A DNA stretch of 33,256 bases from Helicobacteraceae bacterium (GTDB taxonomy: Bacteria > Campylobacterota > Campylobacteria > Campylobacterales > Sulfurimonadaceae): positions 1 to 33,256 of the forward strand of contig CANMHZ010000001.1 of assembly GCA_947497635.1 (NCBI GenBank), read 5' to 3'. Numbering within the stretch: position 1 is the first letter of the stretch; every line of letters starts with the position of its first letter. The notes below the pieces were generated by a model. That model was not told where the DNA came from, ran no database searches, and saw only the letters and a list, made by a program, of their open reading frames with translations. This document shows, piece after piece, positions 16,866-25,216 of the stretch. Position numbers and translations under genes: made by a program.

Positions 16866-17771
16866 ATGCAAACTTTATTCTCAATTTTTGGTATCTACCT
16901 CTTTATCGCCGTTGGTTTTGGTGCCAAATGGAGCTTCAAAGAAAAAATCGACGACCGTACGATAACTCTTCTCAGCGTCTATTTTTTACAGATTTTTCTC
17001 ACTTTTTGGGGATTGCTCAAGCGACCCATTGATACGCAACTCCTCTTTGCCCCCTCTCTTTATCTTGCTATCACGCTACTCTCATTACTTTTAATGATAC
17101 CGCTCTCGAAAATACTTTTTAGCGATACCAAAGAGCGCTCTATCGCCACCGTTGCGGCACTTATCGGTAATACGGGAAATTTGGGAATTCCATTGGGGAT
17201 CGCGCTCTTTGGTGAGGAAAGTGTCCCCTATCTCACCCTCATTAATCTCGTCAATATTTTCGTTGTCTATACGATAGGAGTCTTTTACTATTCACGCGGA
17301 GAGTTTAGTATTCGCCAATCACTGCTGAACATCATCAAACTTCCTGTGTTATGGGCGGCAATGGTTGCGATAGCCCTCAATCTCATTGGCTATGTCCCAA
17401 GTGTTGCGGTGGATAAAACTCTGATGATGGGGGCGTATGCGTCGATAACAATGCAGTTAGTCTTGTTTGGGATATATCTCTATGGGATTAAACTCACTGA
17501 AATCAATATTCGACTCACCATTTGGGTAAGCGTAACGAAGTTTATTTTGATACCATTAATTGCATTAGTCGTATTAAAAATGGTGGAGATGGAGCCGATG
17601 GTAAAAGGAATTTTATTTTTGGAACTTATTGTACCTCTCGCCGTAGCGAACGTCAATCTCGCATCGCTTTATAACTGCACCCCTCGCAGTGTGACGGTGC
17701 AGGTATTTGTAACTTCGGTATTGTTTTTAGGGATAGCGTTGATATTGCCTATGCTGTTACGGATGTTTTGA
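16866..17771 (+). CDS. AEC (auxin efflux carrier) family transporter
   Basis: About 10 hydrophobic segments, GNTGNLGIPL motif, KFILIPL and VPLAVANVNLA. Confidence 0.88.
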   Translation: MQTLFSIFGIYLFIAVGFGAKWSFKEKIDDRTITLLSVYFLQIFLTFWGLLKRPIDTQLLFAPSLYLAITLLSLLLMIPLSKILFSDTKERSIATVAALIGNTGNLGIPLGIALFGEESVPYLTLINLVNIFVVYTIGVFYYSRGEFSIRQSLLNIIKLPVLWAAMVAIALNLIGYVPSVAVDKTLMMGAYASITMQLVLFGIYLYGIKLTEINIRLTIWVSVTKFILIPLIALVVLKMVEMEPMVKGILFLELIVPLAVANVNLASLYNCTPRSVTVQVFVTSVLFLGIALILPMLLRMF

Positions 17772-17793
17772 AACCCTTTAGTTTAGATATTTA

Positions 17794-17814
17794 TGTTATG
17801 ATTAGATGATAACA
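17794..17814 (+). promoter_or_regulatory. Inverted repeat TGTTAT-N9-ATAACA overlapping an extended -10 (TGtTATGAT); likely toxin-antitoxin operator
   Basis: Seen directly upstream of the AAGGAG RBS and TTG start of the toxin gene. Confidence 0.55.
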
Positions 17815-17827
17815 AAAAGGAGCTTCA

Positions 17828-18166
17828 TTGGGTGATTTAGAAAACCTGTTGTTGTTAGACGGTGAAATCTTTCCGATGGACAACGGCTATTGGGTCAAGT
17901 TTGAAGCTAAAACTATCAAAGCAAGCGAAAACATTCCACATGGAGTTCGATATTCATTGACTCTACATGATAAAAACAACCATCGGGTTATCGGCTTTGA
18001 CAACGCGCGCAGTTTCAAACCCAGTAGCTTTCGATACGGTGCTCGAAAAACGACATGGGATCATATCCATAAAAAAGAAGAGACCTTTCCTTATGAATTC
18101 GATTGTGCCGGAGGGCTGATGGAAGATTTCTGGAACAGCGTCAATTATTATCTTGAAAACCATTAA
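17828..18166 (+). CDS. DUF6516/TumE-family toxin (toxin-first TA pair)
   Basis: GYWVKFEA...PHGVRYSLTLHD...GFDNA...WDHIH...PYEF..AGGLMEDFW matches my recollection of DUF6516; TTG start with AAGGAG RBS. Confidence 0.78.
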   Translation: MGDLENLLLLDGEIFPMDNGYWVKFEAKTIKASENIPHGVRYSLTLHDKNNHRVIGFDNARSFKPSSFRYGARKTTWDHIHKKEETFPYEFDCAGGLMEDFWNSVNYYLENH

Positions 18167-18176
18167 AGGATCAACA

Positions 18177-18551
18177 ATGACTTCACGAACACTTTATGTC
18201 GGGATTATGAGTAAAGCCGATTACATCAAACGCACCATTGCAATTGCAAAAGGTGAACATAAACCAAAAAAAGATGAACCAAAAGTATGGTTCGAATCGA
18301 TTAAATCACTAGCTCAAGTTCTCAGTAATGAAAATCAAGAACTTTTGAAAATTATTGATGAGAAGCATCCTAAATCATTAACTGAACTGGAATCTTTGAC
18401 TGGTAGAAAAAAATCAAATCTCTCTCGAACACTGAAAACTCTTGCGCGCTATGGGATTGTAGTGCTTCAAAAAGAAAAAAATACTCTCATTCCAAAAGTG
18501 AACGCTACTGACTTTAGGGTTGAATTTGGATTGGGAAGTTCTGCAGCATAG
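18177..18551 (+). CDS. HTH antitoxin (TumA/HVO_A0114-like, MarR-type winged helix)
   Basis: VGIMS...RTIAIAKGE...PKVWFESIKSLAQVLS.EN..LL...PKSLTELESLTGRKKSNLSRTLKTL. Start set at ATG 18177 with AAGGA RBS. Confidence 0.8.
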   Translation: MTSRTLYVGIMSKADYIKRTIAIAKGEHKPKKDEPKVWFESIKSLAQVLSNENQELLKIIDEKHPKSLTELESLTGRKKSNLSRTLKTLARYGIVVLQKEKNTLIPKVNATDFRVEFGLGSSAA

Positions 18552-18553
18552 TT

Positions 18554-18595
18554 GTAGAAGTTTTGAAAAAATATGAGTTATTTTTTCAAATCTAC
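18554..18595. terminator. Long AT-rich hairpin after the TA pair (possible bidirectional terminator)
   Basis: TTTGAAAAAATA-tgagt-TATTTTTTCAAA is a perfect 12-bp stem, extended by GTAGA/TCTAC. Confidence 0.5.
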
Positions 18596-18626
18596 GTCTT
18601 CTTTGAGACTGTTTCAGCAATTTTTT

Positions 18627-18693
18627 GCTCCCAAGCTCCAGATTGGAAGTGTATTTTACAGTCTGCATTCCCAACGAGGACGTTGGGAACGAG
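18627..18693. repeat. REP-like palindromic doublet
   Basis: Degenerate CTCCCAAgctccagaTTGGAAG (18628-18649) and perfect TTCCCAACG-agga-CGTTGGGAA-cgag (18668-18693). These resemble the widespread CTCGTTCCCAAGCTCCAGCTTGGGAACG extragenic repeat, recalled from memory. Confidence 0.5.
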
Positions 18694-18768
18694 AGATAAT
18701 ATTAATAGTGTAGACTCGCATACGAAGACGAAACTTGCTTGTGTACTCCCCTAATGACCTGTATTATA

Positions 18769-19704
18769 TTATGCCAACAATCGAATATTCTCCACCGTCG
18801 CCGCAATCAACCGTTCGCGTGCTTCCCGTGATGTCCATGCGATATGAGGGGTAATATAAAGTCTTTCGGGATGTTTCACGACCAAAAGAGGATGAGGACT
18901 TTTCATCGGTTCTTTCACTAACACATCCAAGCCAACAAAAATCGGTTTTACGTCGATAATGACGGAGAGAGCATCCTCATCAACGATTCCCCCGCGTCCG
19001 AGATTGAGTAATACGGCTCCATCTTTCATCTGCAACAGTTCTGAATGAGAGATGAGATTCTCAGTTGATCTATTCAGTGGCGCATGAATCGAGATGATGT
19101 CACTCTTCTCAATCAAACGGCTGAGGGTTGTTTTTTCAAAATTGCTATTCTCATTTTTACCCGACGTAGAGTAGTAAACAACGTTTACCCCAAAAGCACG
19201 AGCCACCGTTGCCACACCACGCCCGATTTCACCCAGCCCGATAATCCCCCATGTTTTCCCCCGCAATTCACTAAACGAAGGACCAATATGGGTAAACACC
19301 GCCTCTTTTTGCCATGCTCCACTTTTGACGTATTCATCATAATAGCGCGAATGCCCCATCAGATAAAAAAGGATACTAAACGTGTGTTGAACGACAGCAT
19401 CGGTCGAGTAACCTGCTACGTTCTTAACCGCAATGCCACGACATTGTGCCGCTTCATGGTCGATATTATTCATCCCCGTTGCAGCGACACAGATCAGCTT
19501 GAGCTTTGGGGAGCCTTCCATCATGGCATCATTGATAACAACTTTGTTAGTAACAATAACATCAGCCTCACAAACACGTTCGAGCGTTTCATCTGATGAA
19601 GTCGTTGGGTACGACGTTACATCACCCAGTGCATTAAACGCTTCTAATGAGGTATCCCCAAAAGTTAAAGTATCAAGAAGTACGATTTTCATACGGTTAG
19701 ACAT
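18769..19704 (-). CDS. D-2-hydroxyacid dehydrogenase (glycerate dehydrogenase-like)
   Basis: [48 protein letters not shown] and ITPHIAW motifs. Start is 19704 or 19692. Confidence 0.92.
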   Translation of the reverse strand: MSNRMKIVLLDTLTFGDTSLEAFNALGDVTSYPTTSSDETLERVCEADVIVTNKVVINDAMMEGSPKLKLICVAATGMNNIDHEAAQCRGIAVKNVAGYSTDAVVQHTFSILFYLMGHSRYYDEYVKSGAWQKEAVFTHIGPSFSELRGKTWGIIGLGEIGRGVATVARAFGVNVVYYSTSGKNENSNFEKTTLSRLIEKSDIISIHAPLNRSTENLISHSELLQMKDGAVLLNLGRGGIVDEDALSVIIDVKPIFVGLDVLVKEPMKSPHPLLVVKHPERLYITPHIAWTSREARERLIAATVENIRLLA

Positions 19705-20860
19705 CTTTGATTTTTGCGATCAATTTTTCTGCTTTTTTAAGCGCTTTTTTGACTTTATCAAAGACAAGAACCACTGCCATCCGTCGCCCAATATGCGCTT
19801 CAGGTTTCCCGAAAACACGGACAAAACTATTATCCCCAAACAGTTCATCCGCAATATCAATCACAGGTTCCGTGGATTCAACGGTTGATTTAAACGCCGC
19901 ACTTGCTCCATCGCCGTAAAACGTAAATCCAAGAGGCAATCCAAGCACCGCCCGAACATGGAGGGCAAATTCGCTTTGGCTTTGGGTAATGAGCGTCACC
20001 ATCCCCGTATCGTGAGGACGAGGGCTCACTTCACTGAAATAGACGTCATCCCCTGCGATAAAGAGCTCCACACCGAACAATCCGCGACCGCCTAAACCAT
20101 CGGTAATTTTTTGGGCAATATCACGAGAACGTTTCAACGCTTTTTTCGACATCTCCATCGGCTGCCAGCTAAAAATATAGTCGCCATCTTTTTGGATATG
20201 TCCTATAGGCTCACAAAATACGGTCTCTTTGCCGTTACGTGCGGTAAGCAGAGTAATCTCATAATCAAAACGGATAAACTCCTCAACGATCAGCTCACTC
20301 GCATCCCCTCGCGCCTCTTTGGCAATCTCCCATGAGTGTTCCAAATCAAACGGACTTTTGGCGATACTTTGTCCATGTCCTGAACTGCTCATAACGGGTT
20401 TGATAACACACGGGAAGCCTACATCTTCCGCTGCCGTGCACATCTCTTCGTAAGTACTCACAAAATGATAACGGCTTGTTTTAAGTCCTAACTCTTCAGC
20501 GGCGAATCGACGGATATTTTTACGGTTCATCGTCTTACTGACGGCTTCAGCATTAGGGATGACACAAAATCCTTCCGCTTCGGCATCAAAAAGGGCTTCA
20601 ATGCTGATTGCTTCGATTTCAGGGAGGATATAATCAGGTTTTTCGAGACGGATGATATCCAGCACCGCTTGACGATCTTGCATATTCACCACGTGAGAGC
20701 GGTTGGCAACAAGGTGAGCCGGCGCATGCGCATAGCGATCAACAGCAATCACTTCGATCCCAAGGCGTTGCGCTTCAATAGCGACTTCACGACCCAGTTC
20801 ACCAGAACCTAAGAGCATTATTTTCGTAGAATTATTTTTAAGAGGGGCACTAAAGAGCAT
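19697..20860 (-). CDS. purT: Formate-dependent phosphoribosylglycinamide formyltransferase
   Basis: [40 protein letters not shown] and FGKP...RRMAV. Confidence 0.96.
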   Translation of the reverse strand: MLFSAPLKNNSTKIMLLGSGELGREVAIEAQRLGIEVIAVDRYAHAPAHLVANRSHVVNMQDRQAVLDIIRLEKPDYILPEIEAISIEALFDAEAEGFCVIPNAEAVSKTMNRKNIRRFAAEELGLKTSRYHFVSTYEEMCTAAEDVGFPCVIKPVMSSSGHGQSIAKSPFDLEHSWEIAKEARGDASELIVEEFIRFDYEITLLTARNGKETVFCEPIGHIQKDGDYIFSWQPMEMSKKALKRSRDIAQKITDGLGGRGLFGVELFIAGDDVYFSEVSPRPHDTGMVTLITQSQSEFALHVRAVLGLPLGFTFYGDGASAAFKSTVESTEPVIDIADELFGDNSFVRVFGKPEAHIGRRMAVVLVFDKVKKALKKAEKLIAKIKDV

Positions 20861-20944
20861 AGGAGAGCCTTGCGTGTAAATTTAAAGGTAGTGTAACATA
20901 AGGGATTTTAAAAGGGGATTACTAAAAAAGAGCAAGGTGTAACC

Positions 20945-20962
20945 AAAGTGCCGAAGCACTCT
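20945..20962 (-). terminator. UUCG-capped hairpin immediately after rpsU
   Basis: Minus strand AGAGTGC-TTCG-GCACTTT lies 4 nt after the stop. The U-tract is weak. Confidence 0.5.
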
Positions 20963-20966
20963 GAAA

Positions 20967-21179
20967 TTACAGGCGAGATTCGTAACGTCGCATCATATAG
21001 AGACGTTTTAACATCTTCTTGCGAGCGCTGATTTTGAACTGTTTGCGTTTTTCCGTTTCCGTTATATGGTTACGGCGCGCACGAGCTTCAGTAACAACAA
21101 GATTACGATCTGTTTGTTTCTTGAAGCGTCGGTAAGCAGCGTCAAAGTTATCATCTTGGCGTAAGATAATTCCAGGCAT
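20967..21179 (-). CDS. rpsU: 30S ribosomal protein bS21
   Basis: MPGI...[25 protein letters not shown]...[18 protein letters not shown] is the epsilonproteobacterial S21 type. Confidence 0.97.
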   Translation of the reverse strand: MPGIILRQDDNFDAAYRRFKKQTDRNLVVTEARARRNHITETEKRKQFKISARKKMLKRLYMMRRYESRL

Positions 21180-21218
21180 TCACATCACCCACTTTCTATT
21201 TAAAATTTTCGAATTGGA

Positions 21219-21253
21219 ATCATACCATAATTTTAAAGGTATTAAGCTAAAAT
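21219..21253. promoter_or_regulatory. Back-to-back -10 elements for rpsU (minus, TGgTATGAT) and dnaG (plus, gcTAAAAT)
   Basis: The two elements lie at 21219-21227 and 21248-21253 in the 80-nt divergent gap. Confidence 0.6.
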
Positions 21254-21259
21254 ACAGCT

Positions 21260-22900
21260 ATGATAACCGCCGATTCCATTGAAGCCCTCAAAGCTCGACT
21301 TGATATTGTTGATGTTGTAGGCTCCTACATCGAACTCAAACGTGCAGGTGCTAGTTTCAAAGCCCCTTGCCCCTTCCACGATGAAAAGTCTCCCAGCTTT
21401 ACAGTAAATCCCTCACGTCAAAAATACCACTGCTTCGGATGCGGTGCAGGGGGTGATTCGATCAATTTTGTGATGGAATACGAAAAACTAAACTATCCCG
21501 AGGCGCTTGAAAAATTGGCATCATCGGTTAATTTTACCCTTCACTATACAGATAACAATGAGCGTAAAGAGCGTTCAAACCTATTAGAAACCCTGAGCGG
21601 ATGGTACCAAAAGCTCTTAGGGGAAAATTCTACCGCATCTTCATATCTCACACAGCGCGGAATATTTGCTTCCAGTATCGAAAAATTCGGTATCGGCTAT
21701 GCCCCAGCTTCTGTTCAAACGCTCCGTTTCTTGGAACAACACCGTTTTGCTCCTCAAGAATCAATTGACCAAGGGGCGATTGGACGTGGGGAAGAAGGAA
21801 ATTTATTTGCCCGTTTTATCGAGAGGATCACTTTTCCGATCTACTCCTCCAGCGGAGCCATTGTTGGTTTCGGAGGGCGTACGATCACGGGACACCAAGC
21901 GAAGTACGTCAACTCTTCTCAAAATGCTCTTTTTAATAAATCGCGTCTTTTATACGCCTATCATCTTGCCCGCGATAGCATTTACAAAGGGCGTGAGATT
22001 ATCGTTACCGAGGGGTATCTTGATGTTATTATGCTCCACCAAGCAGGCTTTACCCACTCTGTTGCAACTTTGGGGACGGCACTTACAACCGAACATTTGC
22101 CACTGTTACGCAAAGGGGAACCCAAAGTTCTCGTCGCCTACGATGGGGACAAAGCAGGACGAACAGCTGCTCTCAAAGCCGCGAAACTTTTAAGTACAGG
22201 GGGATTTGACGGAGGAGTTGTTCTCTTTGGAGAGGGGCTTGATCCCGCCGATATGGTCAAGAATGGACAAATCGAACAACTCAATGCTCTCTTGCACCAT
22301 CCGATTCCTTTTATCGAGTTTGTTATCACCGAGATTATCAGCACTTACAATCTCAGCGACCCAAGGGCGAAAGAAACCGCTCTCAATGAGGTTATCGGCT
22401 ATCTCAAAACGCTTTCACCGTTGATGCAAGAAGAATACCGAGGATTTGTAGCTTCACGGCTAGGAATTTCGACAGCATTAGTAAGACTCTCTTCCCCCAC
22501 CTCCGTGACAGCTCAACCGCGCATTTTTTCTCATCACGATATTTGGGAACTTAGCCTGATTAAAACGATTTTGGAGCGTCCCAACCTTACCGATTCCCTC
22601 CTTGATTTTATCGACCCTTCCGTATTGCAATACCACGGGAGTGAACTCTCAGCTGCAATAAATGGGGAAAATGATCCACGATTGAGTGCCCTTTTGATGG
22701 ACGATAGGATTCGTATTTTCGAGGGGGATGAGGGGATTCGTGCGGAACTTATCACCTTCTTGACGAATTATTATAGTCGTGAGCTTAAAAAAATAGCGAG
22801 TCAAGGTTCAGTATCATTCGATGAAAAGTCATACGCTATCCGTCAAATTCGCGATAAAATTACACGATTAAAACGGGGCGAACTCGTACCTCTCACGTAA
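21260..22900 (+). CDS. dnaG: DNA primase
   Basis: CPFHDEKSPSF and HCFGC zinc finger, GFGGR, KYVNS, TEGYLDV and YDGDKAG (TOPRIM), DPAD. Confidence 0.97.
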   Translation: MITADSIEALKARLDIVDVVGSYIELKRAGASFKAPCPFHDEKSPSFTVNPSRQKYHCFGCGAGGDSINFVMEYEKLNYPEALEKLASSVNFTLHYTDNNERKERSNLLETLSGWYQKLLGENSTASSYLTQRGIFASSIEKFGIGYAPASVQTLRFLEQHRFAPQESIDQGAIGRGEEGNLFARFIERITFPIYSSSGAIVGFGGRTITGHQAKYVNSSQNALFNKSRLLYAYHLARDSIYKGREIIVTEGYLDVIMLHQAGFTHSVATLGTALTTEHLPLLRKGEPKVLVAYDGDKAGRTAALKAAKLLSTGGFDGGVVLFGEGLDPADMVKNGQIEQLNALLHHPIPFIEFVITEIISTYNLSDPRAKETALNEVIGYLKTLSPLMQEEYRGFVASRLGISTALVRLSSPTSVTAQPRIFSHHDIWELSLIKTILERPNLTDSLLDFIDPSVLQYHGSELSAAINGENDPRLSALLMDDRIRIFEGDEGIRAELITFLTNYYSRELKKIASQGSVSFDEKSYAIRQIRDKITRLKRGELVPLT

Positions 22901-22911
22901 AAAGGAAATTT

Positions 22912-23886
22912 ATGAAAGCTATAGCTTTATTTAGTGGCGGTCTTGACTCGACCCTTGCCATGAAACTTATCATTGACCAAGGGATTGAGGTCATTGCCTG
23001 CAATATCAATACAGGGTTTGGTTCCACCAAAGACCGTCTTACCCACATGAAGCATATGTGCAATCAAGTAGGGGCAGAGTTTCGCAGTATTGATATTCAA
23101 GATGAATACATCGAACAAATCCTATTTACCCCAAAATACGGTTACGGCAAAAACTTCAATCCCTGTATTGACTGTCATGGTAAAATGTTTGAAGTGGCAA
23201 AGCGGGTTATGGAAGAGTGGGGAGCTAGTTTTCTCATCAGCGGTGAAGTTCTTGGTCAGCGTCCGATGAGCCAAAATGGTGAATCGCTCCAAAAAGTGCT
23301 TGATCTTAGTAGTTGTGAGGGATTATTACTACGTCCTTTGAGTGCGCAGGCATTAGCACCGACGATTCCTGAGATACAAGGGTGGGTCAATCGAGACAAA
23401 CTTGAAAACATCGTCGGGCGTAACCGTGAACGTCAAATGGAGCTTGTACAAGAATTCGAGCTCAAAGATTATGAGGGACCAGGGGGTGGATGTCTCCTTA
23501 CCGATGAACATTTTTCCCGTAAAATTCGTGATTTTATTGCCCATGATGAAAATTTTGTCAAAGCCGATATTCCGACCCTCAAATACGGTCGTCAACTACG
23601 CCTTCCCGATGGAGCGAAGTTTATCATTGGACGTAACGAAGAAGAGAATACAGTACTTGAAGCGATCCAAAATGAGAAATACATTCATATTGTCACAGAG
23701 CTCTTCGGTCCGCATTCTCTCATCTCGGTAAATGCGAGCGACGCGGATAAACTATTGGCTGCCAAGATTGTTTTAGCCTATTGTAAACCTAACTTTAGTG
23801 GTGATCAGATTCTTGATTTGGGAAATGAAAAGATTATCACTATTTGTGATCTTACTCGTAAAGATGCGGCAAAGTATTTTATTTAA
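22912..23886 (+). CDS. PP-loop ATPase, ThiI/MnmA-related putative tRNA sulfurtransferase with C-terminal NFACT-R/DUF814-like domain
   Basis: LFSGGLDS, NPCIDCH, SGEVLGQRPMSQ, LLRPLSA, GGGCLLTD and IIGRNEEEN motifs. Adjacency to dnaG matches H. pylori HP0012/HP0013 as I recall it. Confidence 0.78.
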   Translation: MKAIALFSGGLDSTLAMKLIIDQGIEVIACNINTGFGSTKDRLTHMKHMCNQVGAEFRSIDIQDEYIEQILFTPKYGYGKNFNPCIDCHGKMFEVAKRVMEEWGASFLISGEVLGQRPMSQNGESLQKVLDLSSCEGLLLRPLSAQALAPTIPEIQGWVNRDKLENIVGRNRERQMELVQEFELKDYEGPGGGCLLTDEHFSRKIRDFIAHDENFVKADIPTLKYGRQLRLPDGAKFIIGRNEEENTVLEAIQNEKYIHIVTELFGPHSLISVNASDADKLLAAKIVLAYCKPNFSGDQILDLGNEKIITICDLTRKDAAKYFI

Positions 23887-23931
23887 TAGTGTGTTATACT
23901 GCTTAAAAATCATTAAAGAGAAGGAGTGAAG

Positions 23932-24357
23932 ATGGCAGGTGTAGCGTTTTCATTTGATAGTTTTAAACCATTGGTTGACCTTAATATCGGAATTGCAAAG
24001 CGACTGGATGAGAATCGTTCTGAAAGTTTTACGTTACTTTTTTGTGATTTTTCAGGGATTGCAACAAATTTGATTGATACAAATCTTCCCAACCTACTTC
24101 GAACATCCGATTCAATTGTTCATTGTGAAGATTATTATTTTTTCGTTATGCCGTATACCGATCGATATGGGTGTGCAATTGTTAAGAAAATGATAGAGGA
24201 ACTTTTTGCAGCGCCCATCCCGTCTTCAACAGTTTGCTATCCTGTAAACGGTGAAAACACAACCGAACTCTTCGATTCTCTTCATGTTGAAACGAAAAAA
24301 AATCATGTAATAGATTTGGAATGCCTCTATGAAGTTCTCGACAAAGAGATTTCATAA
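23932..24357 (+). CDS. Degenerate GGDEF-fold protein (no GGDEF motif)
   Basis: AKR...SFTLLFCDF...LLRTSDSIVH-CEDYYFFVMPYTD...S..CYP.NGE....L follows GGDEF topology. Start set at ATG 23932 after AAGGAG; own extended -10 at 23892-23900. Confidence 0.6.
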   Translation: MAGVAFSFDSFKPLVDLNIGIAKRLDENRSESFTLLFCDFSGIATNLIDTNLPNLLRTSDSIVHCEDYYFFVMPYTDRYGCAIVKKMIEELFAAPIPSSTVCYPVNGENTTELFDSLHVETKKNHVIDLECLYEVLDKEIS

Positions 24358-24363
24358 CTAATA

Positions 24364-24939
24364 TTATTGTCGTAAAGTAACGGGTTCAAATCGATGATAT
24401 GGTGATGTTTTATAAAACTCAAGCGCATCGGAAATCTCATTTTTATGAGATTCTCGTCTTAACACCACTTTATTTACAACTGGGCTAGAAAGAGCGGATG
24501 ATACTGTTGCAGCCTTTTCAGATGAAGCGGGTATCACAACGACTGCAATTGCTGCTTGTTCTGTAGGTGAAGTGACTGGATGCTCAACAACTCCATGGGA
24601 GGAGACATTATGTTCAAATATGACTGCAACTTGAACTTGTGTTGCATATTCACGATTAATGGGACGAATAAACGCCTCTTTATTGACGATTGTACGCGCT
24701 TTTTTTAGTGCAGGTTGAGCATGTTTATCATCCTTATATTCTCCCAGCGTAACGACAAAATGCTCCCCCTCCTTCTTTTTATAAATTTCTAACCCTGTCT
24801 TTTTTAATTTTTCATTAAATGCATCTGTTATTGATTTTTCATGAACAGCACTAATTACCTGCACCGTAACTGATTTAGTATCAGAAGCCAAGACAACCGT
24901 TACTAGCCCCGTCATTATCAAAAACATCCATTTTTTCAT
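24364..24939 (-). CDS. Exported SPOR-domain protein
   Basis: Signal peptide MKKWMFLIMTGLVTVVLA, then SPOR-like TVQVISA...FVVTLGEYKD..A..AL..AR.....AFIR and a low-complexity linker. Confidence 0.7.
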   Translation of the reverse strand: MKKWMFLIMTGLVTVVLASDTKSVTVQVISAVHEKSITDAFNEKLKKTGLEIYKKKEGEHFVVTLGEYKDDKHAQPALKKARTIVNKEAFIRPINREYATQVQVAVIFEHNVSSHGVVEHPVTSPTEQAAIAVVVIPASSEKAATVSSALSSPVVNKVVLRRESHKNEISDALEFYKTSPYHRFEPVTLRQ

Positions 24940-25073
24940 TTCGACCACACCCTTTTATTTATCATTACTAGCACCATATCGTCATTACCCCTAAAAAACT
25001 TTAAAACATCTCCCAAACAAAAATTAAGTACATACAAGGCATAATTTCAATTCCCATCCAAAAGACTTCTTTT

Positions 25074-25149
25074 GGGCCCTTAGCTCAGCTGGGAGAGCGC
25101 GTCGCTGGCAGCGACGAGGTCAGCGGTTCGATCCCGCTAGGGTCCACCA
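25074..25149 (+). tRNA. tRNA-Ala (GGC)
   Basis: 76 nt. Acceptor stem GGGCCCT/AGGGTCC with G3:U70, D arm AGCTCAGCTGGGAGAGC, anticodon arm CGTCG-CTGGCAG-CGACG, GGTTCGATCC, encoded CCA. Confidence 0.97.
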
Positions 25150-25216
25150 ACTTACAATTCAACTCTCCTCATAAATATCAATAAAATAGCTACAATATCA
25201 AAAAAGGAAATTCATA

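Noticed and set aside
18563-18754. 63-aa ORF downstream of the antitoxin as a third TA component
   Set aside because: It runs through palindromic repeats, has a TTG start without an SD, and has no protein-like features.
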